NCBI GenBank assembly: GCA_039189765.1
Contig: JBCCYL010000003.1
Span: 112,706-176,705, forward strand
DNA from: Cyanobacteria bacterium P01_F01_bin.150
GTDB taxonomy: Bacteria; Cyanobacteriota; Cyanobacteriia; CAKZMO01
Direction of reading: 5' to 3'
Length of the DNA: 64,000 nt
Shown here: in pieces, positions 18,468 through 26,904 of the stretch
Layout: each line of letters starts with the position of its first letter
How positions within the stretch are numbered: position 1 is the first letter of the stretch
Translations under genes and position numbers: made by a program
The notes under the pieces: model-generated
The model's database searches: none
Told to the model about the DNA's origin: nothing
The model's input: the letters and a program-made list of their open reading frames with translations, nothing else

Positions 18468-18649
18468 ACTTCACCTCATATGCCATTAGGGTAGCAATAC
18501 CGAGCTAAAAGCGATTATGAAAGTATTGAATCCCTTAATACAGTGAGTGACGCCCACTTGCAGCCGAATTGGCCCTGGTCTACGCCGTTAGCGAAGGGCG
18601 TCCAGCGCCCCATAACTCGCCAAACCTGGGGGCGCTACGCACTCCTTGA

Positions 18650-18839
18650 GCTGTAGGATTTGAGAGATTCTCTACACCATTCGTTCTGACGCACTGTTCT
18701 GCCACAAATGTCTAATGTGGGTGTGCATTTGCAGGGAATACCGAATATTGCTGGATACCTTAGCTTGGCTGTGTTGCAGAAGTATTTGGCCGTAGCTGAG
18801 AAGTAGGTGGAAGAAGCGATCGCCTCTTTTAGTCGCTGA
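18650..18839 (+). pseudogene. Decayed C-terminal fragment of a second tyrosine recombinase
   Basis: Translates as HSF*RTVLPQMSNVGVHLQGIPNIAGYLSLAVLQKYLAVAEK*VEEAIASF, matching the HSFRRT...SGHxSL..LQxYL pattern with two in-frame stops. Confidence 0.72.
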
Positions 18840-19035
18840 TAGTAGAAGCTCAGAGCAGGATTAGTGAGGCGATCGCATCCACATTGCAGATCTGAAGCTG
18901 AGGCAGGCTGATTTGGAGAGATAGTGGTGGGAAGTGAGTGGGACAATCTAACGTCATCGATCTGGGACTGAAGTGGGCGCAGCCAAAAAATACGTTTGTT
19001 CTTTCTCTGGTCCCCAAAGCTGCTACAGTAGCATC

Positions 19036-20079
19036 ATGGCAAAACAGTCTTCTCTTTTTCCAGATGACAACTACGCCGCCTTTCTGGACGGTTTAAAGCA
19101 GCGTATCCGAAAAGCCCAAATTAAAGCAGCCCTAGCCGTCAATCAGGAGTTGGTCTTACTGTATTGGACCATTGGTAAAGATATCCTGGCCAAACAGCAA
19201 ACAGAAGGCTGGGGCAGTAAGGTCATTGACCGATTAGCAAAAGACCTAAAGCAATCCTTTCCAGATATAAAAGGATTTTCTGCCCGAAACCTAAAGTACA
19301 TGCGGAGTTTTGCTGAGGCATGGCCCGACAAACAAATTGTGCAACAGCTTGTTGCACAAATCCCATGGGGGCATAATGTGCGTCTGCTCGACACTGTTAA
19401 AAGCTCGGAAGAACGGCGCTGGTATGTGGAAAAGACCATTAAGAATAGTTGGAGCCGTAATGTCCTGATGATGCAAATCGATAGCGATTTATACGAGCGC
19501 CAAGGCAGAGCGATTACCAATTTTGAACAGACCCTTCCTGAACCACAGTCAGACTTAGCTCAAAGCCTGCTGAAGTCTGAATACAACTTTGACTTTCTTA
19601 GCTTGGGAGAAGAGGCCCAGGAAAGAGAACTGGAAAAGGCCTTGGTGGAACGGATTAAAGAATTTCTGCTGGAATTGGGTGTGGGTTTTGCCTTTGTTGG
19701 CAGTCAATACCATCTGGAGATTGAGGACGATGATTACTACCTTGATCTCCTTTTCTATCATCTACAGCTCCGCTGCTATGTGGTGATTGATCTCAAGGTT
19801 ACAGAGTTCAAACCTGAATACACAGGCAAGATGAACTTTTACGTTTCTGCCGTCGATGACCTTCTTAAACATGCCGATGATCAACCCACCATCGGCATTA
19901 TTCTCTGCCGATCCAAAAAGAAAACCGTTGCGGAGTATTCATTAAGAAACGTCAACACCCCCATTGCGGTCTCAACCCACAAACTGCCTAAAACGCTGCG
20001 CGATCGCTTGCCTACAGCAGAGCAATTGGAAATGGAGATTGATTTAGTGATGAAAAAAATTGAGGGAGAAAAACCATAA
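19036..20079 (+). CDS. YhcG/DUF1016 family PD-(D/E)xK nuclease
   Basis: AVNQELVLLYWTIG, GFSARNL, ELGVGFAFVGSQ and YLDLLFYH...VIDLK. Likely start ATG 19036 (the ORF track gives 18973). Confidence 0.92.
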   Translation: MAKQSSLFPDDNYAAFLDGLKQRIRKAQIKAALAVNQELVLLYWTIGKDILAKQQTEGWGSKVIDRLAKDLKQSFPDIKGFSARNLKYMRSFAEAWPDKQIVQQLVAQIPWGHNVRLLDTVKSSEERRWYVEKTIKNSWSRNVLMMQIDSDLYERQGRAITNFEQTLPEPQSDLAQSLLKSEYNFDFLSLGEEAQERELEKALVERIKEFLLELGVGFAFVGSQYHLEIEDDDYYLDLLFYHLQLRCYVVIDLKVTEFKPEYTGKMNFYVSAVDDLLKHADDQPTIGIILCRSKKKTVAEYSLRNVNTPIAVSTHKLPKTLRDRLPTAEQLEMEIDLVMKKIEGEKP

Positions 20080-20222
20080 AACCAGGATTTATATCTGTAA
20101 ACGTGAGCAGTGAGATTTGCTGTAAGCGACGGGGAGTAGTCCTGATTTTATGAAAGGAATGCTGTCTTTGATTCGTGAGGATGAGATGATAGGGTTGCTC
20201 AATACCAGATTGGAGAACTGCC

Positions 20223-21047
20223 ATGTCTGTTTCCGGCTCTTACTCTGCGAGTACGTTTCATCGTGACCTGGAAAGTGAGCTACACCGTTTACAAGTACAA
20301 GTAGAGTTGGTCTGGAAAAAAGAATCTCGTAATCTGGCCTGGTTCGGCTTAAAAGATGGCATGTCCATTCTGGAGTTAGGCAGTGGTCCAGGTTTCAGCA
20401 CTGAGAAACTATTAACGCTGGTGCCCAACGGTTCGGTGACTTCGGTAGAACGTGATCCGATGATGGTGAAAGAAGCCTCAAATCGGTTGCATCTCTACCC
20501 CAAAGAGCGATTCACTATCATCGAAGCGTCTGCGTCGGATACAGGATTACCCGACAATTCTATGGACTTCGCGATCGCCCGCCTGTTATTCCAACATCTC
20601 CCCGATCCGATTGCGGTGGCCAAAGAGGCGTTTCGAGTCCTGAAACCAGGCGGAAAAATTGCGATTACTGACCCCGATATTGACTTGTTTTGGCTGCTTG
20701 ATCCGCCGCTTCCAGAAGCTGATCTGATTTGTGCGCGATTGAGCCAGGGGCAGGCTGCTCAGTCAGGCGATTTCCACATTGGTCATAAGCTGTGGCGTAT
20801 TCTCAAATCGGTTGGCTTTGAAGATATGAACCTAGAGATGATTACAGCCCATAGTGATGAGCTGGGTATAGAATCCCTCTTACCTCAATTCGAGCCGGAC
20901 TTATTACTGAAGCTTATGGAGGCAGGGTTACTTAGTAAGGCTGAATTCACTCAAATTAAGCAATCTAGGGAAGCATTTCTCAATTCCCCTGATCCGTTTC
21001 TTCTCTATATGTGGTGGATGGTGAGTGGTTCCAAAGGTGCTGTTTGA
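20223..21047 (+). CDS. Class I SAM-dependent methyltransferase
   Basis: ILELGSGPG motif I and RVLKPGG. Confidence 0.9.
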   Translation: MSVSGSYSASTFHRDLESELHRLQVQVELVWKKESRNLAWFGLKDGMSILELGSGPGFSTEKLLTLVPNGSVTSVERDPMMVKEASNRLHLYPKERFTIIEASASDTGLPDNSMDFAIARLLFQHLPDPIAVAKEAFRVLKPGGKIAITDPDIDLFWLLDPPLPEADLICARLSQGQAAQSGDFHIGHKLWRILKSVGFEDMNLEMITAHSDELGIESLLPQFEPDLLLKLMEAGLLSKAEFTQIKQSREAFLNSPDPFLLYMWWMVSGSKGAV

Positions 21048-21097
21048 ATAAGTTGTTAATAGATTACCTGAGGGCGATCGCCAAAGGCACAAATAGT

Positions 21098-21121
21098 AAA
21101 ACCCCCACCAAACGGTGGGGG
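21098..21121 (-). terminator. Intrinsic terminator of the small-peptide gene
   Basis: Minus strand CCCCCACC-GTTT-GGTGGGGG-TTTT. Confidence 0.75.
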
Positions 21122-21169
21122 CTATCTTTCAACATGTCATGAAAAAGGTAAAGCTTTATGAGAACGGTT

Positions 21170-21292
21170 CTAACGAGCAAGGACGCGGTTCAAAAGAGGA
21201 ATGCCGCGATAGGTTTCCTTAACGCTTCCGGGCTTAGTTTGCTTCTGGGAAGAAACAGTGTTGTGCTTGATGCCGCGATAAGTCATGGTCAT
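21170..21292 (-). CDS. 40 aa DUF4278-like small protein with two YRG motifs
   Basis: MTMTYRGIKHNTVSSQKQTKPGSVKETYRGIPLLNRVLAR*, with a GGAGG RBS 7 nt upstream. Too short for the ORF track. Confidence 0.8.
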   Translation of the reverse strand: MTMTYRGIKHNTVSSQKQTKPGSVKETYRGIPLLNRVLAR

Positions 21293-21329
21293 GGATTTGC
21301 CTCCAAAAAGTTGTATAGATTTGGTCAGA

Positions 21330-21388
21330 GGCGCGTTCCTTCGGAAAAATTCCTACTGCCGTCTTCCCTACTTGAGAAGATGAACGAT
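21330..21388 (-). ncRNA. Glutamine riboswitch (glnA RNA motif)
   Basis: ATCGTTCATCTTCTCAAGTAGGGAAGACGGCAGTAGGAATTTTTCCGAAGGAACGCGCC: CGTT/AACG P1 stem, a P2 hairpin and an AGUA/GAA E-loop in P3. Confidence 0.82.
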
Positions 21389-21396
21389 TTATTTCT

Positions 21397-21410
21397 GTAT
21401 CTATTGTTAC
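21397..21410 (-). promoter_or_regulatory. NtcA-binding site (GTA-N8-TAC)
   Basis: GTATCTATTGTTAC, 8 nt upstream of the riboswitch. Confidence 0.65.
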
Positions 21411-21510
21411 TGTTTTTTCAATAAAAGGCAAGGGGTAACCCAAAATTTTTGTTAGCAGTTGATGATAATTGCTGCTCGATGAAAGCTGTATACTATCGTG
21501 CGCAAGCCTC

Positions 21511-21955
21511 CTATTCCTCTGGGCAGGGTTTAGTCGAAATCTGAAATTCTAAATTGCTGTAGGGATCGTAGGGAGAAAAGCCCTGTTCGTTAAGCTCATA
21601 GAGACTTGGTCGAACAACGCTGAAATTTATAGAGTCGCTCTTATTTAAATTACCGACAGCTTCAGCAATGGTGTCTTTGTTAGAGAGTCGATTCCCATTA
21701 ACGGCAATAATCATATCTCCCTCCTTCAAGCCAGCATCTTGAGCAGAGTAGCCTGGCAATGTGGAGAGAACAAGGGCAAATTTAGCAGGATACTGATCGG
21801 CAAATTTCTGATCCAAGTAGAACGTATAGCGAATACCCACACATTGCTTAGTCGGAATGGCTGGGAAGGAAAGTCAACAGGAATAATGCTGCGACAACAG
21901 AAAAGTTTCGCCGAAGTAAGGGATGAAAATCTCGCTTTGAGGCTTTGAATATCAT
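21511..21955 (-). pseudogene. Secreted PDZ-domain protein, frameshifted after the signal peptide (or a sequencing error)
   Basis: PDZ motif AQDAGLKEGDMIIAVNG in ORF 21511-21840. The upstream ATG 21955 encodes a signal-like MIFKASKR...VVAALFLLTFL that is one base out of frame. Confidence 0.55.
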
Positions 21956-22203
21956 TAAATTTTAACTATCTACTGTTTAGTCAATCAAATCCTAAAGTAA
22001 ATGAGCATGGGGAGCTACGGTGCCAAAAACAATAAATACCCATACAGTGATGGGTATTGCATCTAAACTTTACATAGCGGTCCGCCGCAATTCGACTTTA
22101 AATCAGGTCAGCTAAATGTTGATGTGAGGGCTTCATGCCCACATCATCCGCCGAAAGTTGGTGCTTATCCGACGCAAGATTGATAAATTCTAGCGTGTTT
22201 CCT

Positions 22204-23052
22204 ATGCTCGATCTCCACTGTCACACCACATACTCAGACGGGACTCTGTCACCACAGGAGCTGGTGTTAGCAGCGGCAAAGGCAGGGCTGCAAGCGCTGG
22301 CAATTACCGACCATGACACAATCGCGGGTTGGGACGAGGCGATCGCCGCTGCCCAAGCTCTGACTATATCGACGGGAAACCCAATGGAAATCGTCCCCGG
22401 TGTGGAGTTGAGCACGACTTATAAAGGGCGATCGGTTCATATTTTAGGCTTCTATCCTGACTCTTATATTTTGCGGCCTTTGCTGGAAAAGCGCTTAGAA
22501 GGTCGAAGACGACGGGCAGAGCAAATGGTGGAAAAGTTAGCAGAGCTAGGCTACCCCATCCACTGCCCCGAATTGGACGACGACCCAGACCAAACCAGTA
22601 GAGGAATGGCTCCCGGTCGGCCCCATATTGCCAGAGCCCTTGTGAAAGCAGGATATATCGATCGCACTCAGGATGCCTTTGATCGATGGATTGGGGAAGG
22701 AAAGCCTGCCCATGTGGCCTACGAAGAGCTATCGGTAGAGGACGGTCTGGCCCTGCTGAAATCAGCCGGAGCGATTCCCGTTTGGGCACATCCCTGGCTG
22801 TTTCGTGGCGGGAATATTGAAGGCATGGTCTACGAAATGGCGGAGGCCGGACTAATGGGATTGGAGGTCTATCATCCTGGCCACACTCCATCCCAACAAG
22901 CTCGGTTAACGGCATTGTGTCGAGAATTGGGACTGATTAAAACTGGAGGAAGTGATTATCACGGTCCTGCTCAGGATAAACGCCATCCTTTGAATATTTT
23001 TAATTTGCCATTGGGGCTTTTGCGACCACTACGAGAATTAAAGACGTCTTAG
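22204..23052 (+). CDS. PHP-domain phosphoesterase (TrpH/YciV-like)
   Basis: DLHCHTTYSDG, AITDHD, GVEL, AHP and GGSDYHG. Start at ATG 22204. Confidence 0.92.
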   Translation: MLDLHCHTTYSDGTLSPQELVLAAAKAGLQALAITDHDTIAGWDEAIAAAQALTISTGNPMEIVPGVELSTTYKGRSVHILGFYPDSYILRPLLEKRLEGRRRRAEQMVEKLAELGYPIHCPELDDDPDQTSRGMAPGRPHIARALVKAGYIDRTQDAFDRWIGEGKPAHVAYEELSVEDGLALLKSAGAIPVWAHPWLFRGGNIEGMVYEMAEAGLMGLEVYHPGHTPSQQARLTALCRELGLIKTGGSDYHGPAQDKRHPLNIFNLPLGLLRPLRELKTS

Positions 23053-23125
23053 AACCACTGAGCTACGGTAGAATGCAGCCGTAGCTGAATTATGGAATCA
23101 GGGGACTCAATAGAGTTCAGGCATC

Positions 23126-23683
23126 ATGGCAGAAAAAGACTCCTACACTGACTTTTTGAAAAAAGATTTCCAGCAGTTGTTTGAATCGATGGAACTACAG
23201 CCCAGGCAAGAGCACTTTATGCGATCGCGCTGGCTTGACCAGGTACTATGGATGGAAAAGAAGGCTGGAACCTGTCGCAAGCGCCACCAATTCTTACGTC
23301 TTACGACAATTATCCTAGGGGTTATTGTTCCAATTATTATTGGCTTTAACTTTGCTGACAATACCCTAAATAAGCGCCTGAGGGCCATAACCGCCATATT
23401 GAGTGGGGTTGTTGCCGTTAGTGCAGCAGTGGAAGAATTTTTCCATTACGGCGAACGCTGGTATCACTATCGACGGACTGCTGAATCTCTGAAGCAGCAT
23501 GGCTGGCAGTTATCCCAGCTTACTGGCCCCTACAAGAAATACATTGCCTGCGACACCGCCTTTCCAACGTTTGCCGAAAATGTAGAAGAAATTCTTCAGA
23601 AAGATGTGGAAGGCTACGTTACCCAGGGAAAGCAGGCTCTAAGTGAAGAAGAGAATTCAAACCCTAAGAGTGAAACGACATAA
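23126..23683 (+). CDS. DUF4231 (SLATT-like) two-TM protein
   Basis: RWLDQVLW, two TM helices and WYHYRRTAESLK. Confidence 0.75.
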   Translation: MAEKDSYTDFLKKDFQQLFESMELQPRQEHFMRSRWLDQVLWMEKKAGTCRKRHQFLRLTTIILGVIVPIIIGFNFADNTLNKRLRAITAILSGVVAVSAAVEEFFHYGERWYHYRRTAESLKQHGWQLSQLTGPYKKYIACDTAFPTFAENVEEILQKDVEGYVTQGKQALSEEENSNPKSETT

Positions 23684-23730
23684 GGTTGATTTCAGGAACT
23701 GTGTCAGGCAGGCAGCCCTTGATGAGTATT

Positions 23731-25035
23731 TTATTCCCAATCAGATTGGAGCAAGCGACGTATGAGCTCCGTCACCTCCGTGGCCATCCGCGCATCCAGT
23801 TCTACGGCTTCCTTGTCAAAGTCACCGTAGTCTTTAGCCGATAGCATCGTAAAGGCCATGCTATGCATCACTGATGGGTTGCCGCTGGAACAAGGGCGTT
23901 TATCCACCAGTTGCACCAGGGCTGTGTAAGCCAACTCGGCGCGATCGCGAATGCTAGTGCGGCCATAGCCCAGCTTTGAAATAATTACGGGCGATCGAAT
24001 AACTGAGGCTAATCCTAGCTGGGCGATCGCCTCATCAATATACCGAGCCGAATCACAGCCCATCGCTCGTACTACGCCTTCTAAACTGTTCCAACTAACC
24101 CCTGGCAATTTTGCCCTAGCTGGCAAATGTAAATGCCATCCAATCATCGACACAAGCCGCGTCAAGTCATACACCGAAATTGTATTGTCGCTCCATTTTG
24201 GCACTGGATTGCTACGGAGCAACACTTGATTAGTGGCAGGGTGCCAAAGTTCAGGCTGGTCAAAAAACGGTGGCTCTCCGTAGCGGCCCCGAAATTCTAG
24301 TTGCTGATGTCCGGTAATCGACTTTAGCCAGTCTTCTAGCCCCTGTGGCGTCTCAAACAGCTTGAACATGGCGGCGATCGCATTGGATGTGCCAATGGTC
24401 TCGTCATAACTCATAATGTCTTGAGCCAGCTTATAAAAAGAATAGCCTGTAGCCTCTCCCTGCTGACGAATCTGACAGTTATCCGTGTCAATGCCAGGAA
24501 ATTGAGTGTTGGTCCGGGCAATCACATTTAGGATTGGCACCAGTTTTGTGGTGCTCCATAACTCGATTGGCTGCATGGCATTTCGTCCCAGCCAATAGGT
24601 CTTTAGTTGATCTTTAGCGTCTTTTAAAGGGTCACTATTATCATCTGCTGCCTGCTGCCACTGGCTGATACAAACACAGGCTTGCTGAATATCATTGTGT
24701 AAAAACGATAGACCAGATTCGTTAATCGTGGGTAATGTTCCCAGGGTTGGATAGGGCTGGGACGACCAAGAAATAGGAACAGAACCACTCACCACATCAT
24801 TACCATTGGGTCGTTCCTTGAGACGATCGGCAAAGGTAATTAGCTGTTCGTAGTAAGGAGAATTGGCAACACCTTGGTCGAGGATAGCCAGGTTTTCCGC
24901 ATTGCAATTTGCTTCGAGAGCTAAAAAACGCTGAAAATGCTGCTGACGCAAGTCTTTTGTCACTGCATCTTGGAGAATCACTGCATCGTTACTGGCCTGT
25001 TGCGCTTGTTCAGGCTTGGAATTTGACTTGACCAT
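23731..25035 (-). CDS. Hypothetical protein with a possible serine beta-lactamase/PBP-like fold
   Basis: 434 aa ORF with WSTTK (SxxK), TSN and SKLG motifs in the order seen in penicillin-recognising enzymes. Confidence 0.55.
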   Translation of the reverse strand: MVKSNSKPEQAQQASNDAVILQDAVTKDLRQQHFQRFLALEANCNAENLAILDQGVANSPYYEQLITFADRLKERPNGNDVVSGSVPISWSSQPYPTLGTLPTINESGLSFLHNDIQQACVCISQWQQAADDNSDPLKDAKDQLKTYWLGRNAMQPIELWSTTKLVPILNVIARTNTQFPGIDTDNCQIRQQGEATGYSFYKLAQDIMSYDETIGTSNAIAAMFKLFETPQGLEDWLKSITGHQQLEFRGRYGEPPFFDQPELWHPATNQVLLRSNPVPKWSDNTISVYDLTRLVSMIGWHLHLPARAKLPGVSWNSLEGVVRAMGCDSARYIDEAIAQLGLASVIRSPVIISKLGYGRTSIRDRAELAYTALVQLVDKRPCSSGNPSVMHSMAFTMLSAKDYGDFDKEAVELDARMATEVTELIRRLLQSDWE

Positions 25036-25215
25036 ACTTAAACTCCATACTGCAACGGCCCAGGAATCACGCTACAATAGCTGCGGTCTATCTACTTTAC
25101 AGTCTTTAGTAGTCGCATTGGCGATCGCTTAAGCTTTGTTCCAATTTCGGATGTATACACATTGGGATGTATACACTGAGCTATTGCAATCACTGACGTC
25201 GCAAGGAGAAAACGG

Positions 25216-26055
25216 TTGAAGAGCGCACAGCCACCAGGTATATCCCTCATCCTTTCAGGATTTTTCGCCTTTCTAGTTCTGGTTCTAGGACTTAATTCTT
25301 TTGTGGTGATTAATCCTGGTCAAGCTGGGGTGATCAGCATTCTAGGAAAGGCACAGGAAGGTGCATTACTGGAAGGTATTCACTTTAAGCCGCCGTTGGT
25401 TTCCTTGGTGGATGTTTATGATGTTACGGTGCAAAAGTTTGAAGTGCCAGCGGAAAGCTTGACCCGTGACCTTCAAAGTCTTCAATCTAATTTCGCAATC
25501 AACTTCCGAATTGACCCAACTCGAGTTGTGGAAATTCGCCGTACTCAGGGCACCTTAAGAAACTTGGTGGCCAAGGTGATTGCACCCCAAACGCAAGAGG
25601 CATTTAAAATTGCCGCTGCCCTGCGTACCATTGAAGAGTCTATTACCAAGCGGACTGAACTTAAGCAAGATTTTGACCAAGCGTTAACGGAACGCCTACA
25701 GCGCTATGGCGTTATTGTGCTGGATACAAGCATCATTGATTTGAATTTCTCCCTTGAGTTTGCCCAGTCCGTTGAAGAGAAACAGATTGCTGAACAGCGC
25801 GCCCGTCAAGCGGTCTATGTTGCGCAAGAAGCGGACCAGAATGCTCAAGCTGAGATCAATCGAGCCAAAGGTAAAGCTGAGGCCCAGAGATTGTTAGCAG
25901 AGACCCTTAAGGCTCAAGGCGGCAGGCTGGTATTACAGAAAGAAGCTATTGAAGCATGGCAGGAAGGTGGCGCTCAAATGCCTGAGGTCCTTGTAATGTC
26001 CGGTGACTCTGGAGAAGTGCCCTTTCTATTTAACTCCGCAGCTAAAGCCAATTAA
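25216..26055 (+). CDS. SPFH/prohibitin (Band 7) protein
   Basis: N-terminal TM helix, EGIHFKPP and an EEKQIAEQ coiled coil. Confidence 0.92.
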   Translation: MKSAQPPGISLILSGFFAFLVLVLGLNSFVVINPGQAGVISILGKAQEGALLEGIHFKPPLVSLVDVYDVTVQKFEVPAESLTRDLQSLQSNFAINFRIDPTRVVEIRRTQGTLRNLVAKVIAPQTQEAFKIAAALRTIEESITKRTELKQDFDQALTERLQRYGVIVLDTSIIDLNFSLEFAQSVEEKQIAEQRARQAVYVAQEADQNAQAEINRAKGKAEAQRLLAETLKAQGGRLVLQKEAIEAWQEGGAQMPEVLVMSGDSGEVPFLFNSAAKAN

Positions 26056-26124
26056 TAAGAGCTTAGGTGGCGCTGTATATTTATGGTGCAAGCTAGGTTT
26101 TATAGGTTTTAGGAGACTTCAAGC

Positions 26125-26706
26125 ATGGAACGCCCATTTGTTGTTATATATCTGCTGGGCGTTTGCATTGCTGGAGGTATCCGCGTTACCCAAAGTCGCA
26201 AGCATCGTCGTTCTCCCAAACCCCCCATTCCAACGAAGGAATTTTGGTTAATGCTGTTTTGGTTTTTGGCCTCACAGCTCTTGCCTGCTATATTTGGATT
26301 CCACTCTATTCTGTCTTTTGCTAATTATCCGTTACCAATTTCGATTTCGGTCATTGGTATTGGCGTCATGGCGATCGCCCTCTGGCTGTTGCGCCAGTCT
26401 CACCTTGATTTGAATCGAAACTGGTCGCCAATCGCAGAAATCCAACCCAATCAAGTCCTTATTACCCATGGAATTTATCGATACATTCGTCATCCAATGT
26501 ATGGTTCCCATCTGCTCTGGGGCGTAGCGCAAGGCCTGCTCATTCCAAATTGGCTGGTGGGCTGGGCTGGACTGCTGGCATCTGCAATGTTTTGTGGAGT
26601 TCGGATTCCGAAAGAGGAAGCATTAATGCAAAAGTACTTTGGTAATGCTTACATGGACTACCGAAAGAAGGTAGGGGCAATCGTGCCTAAATTATTTAGC
26701 ATCTGA
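26125..26706 (+). CDS. Isoprenylcysteine carboxyl methyltransferase (ICMT) family membrane protein
   Basis: GIYRYIRHPMY and RIPKEEALM...FGNAY. Confidence 0.88.
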   Translation: MERPFVVIYLLGVCIAGGIRVTQSRKHRRSPKPPIPTKEFWLMLFWFLASQLLPAIFGFHSILSFANYPLPISISVIGIGVMAIALWLLRQSHLDLNRNWSPIAEIQPNQVLITHGIYRYIRHPMYGSHLLWGVAQGLLIPNWLVGWAGLLASAMFCGVRIPKEEALMQKYFGNAYMDYRKKVGAIVPKLFSI

Positions 26707-26904
26707 AATTTCACGAAAATTGACGTCGTGATTTGTTTCTCCTTTCTTTGTTCTTAAAAGATTCAACGATTACTCCATTACGTTCCAGGTGCAAGAGTCC
26801 CCTCAGAGGGCATAGGCAAATGTACGATGTTCTTTTCATAATGGAGTAATTAACGACTTTTCCAGCCCCATTAATCTGCTTATTAATCCGTGAGGTTATA
26901 CGTT

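Noticed and set aside
18540..18636. Possible attC-like integron site and GC hairpin
   Set aside because: No proper RYYYAAC/GTTRRRY pair and no repeated cassette structure.
18635..18946. 103 aa minus-strand ORF
   Set aside because: Antisense to the recognisable recombinase remnant, with no motifs of its own.
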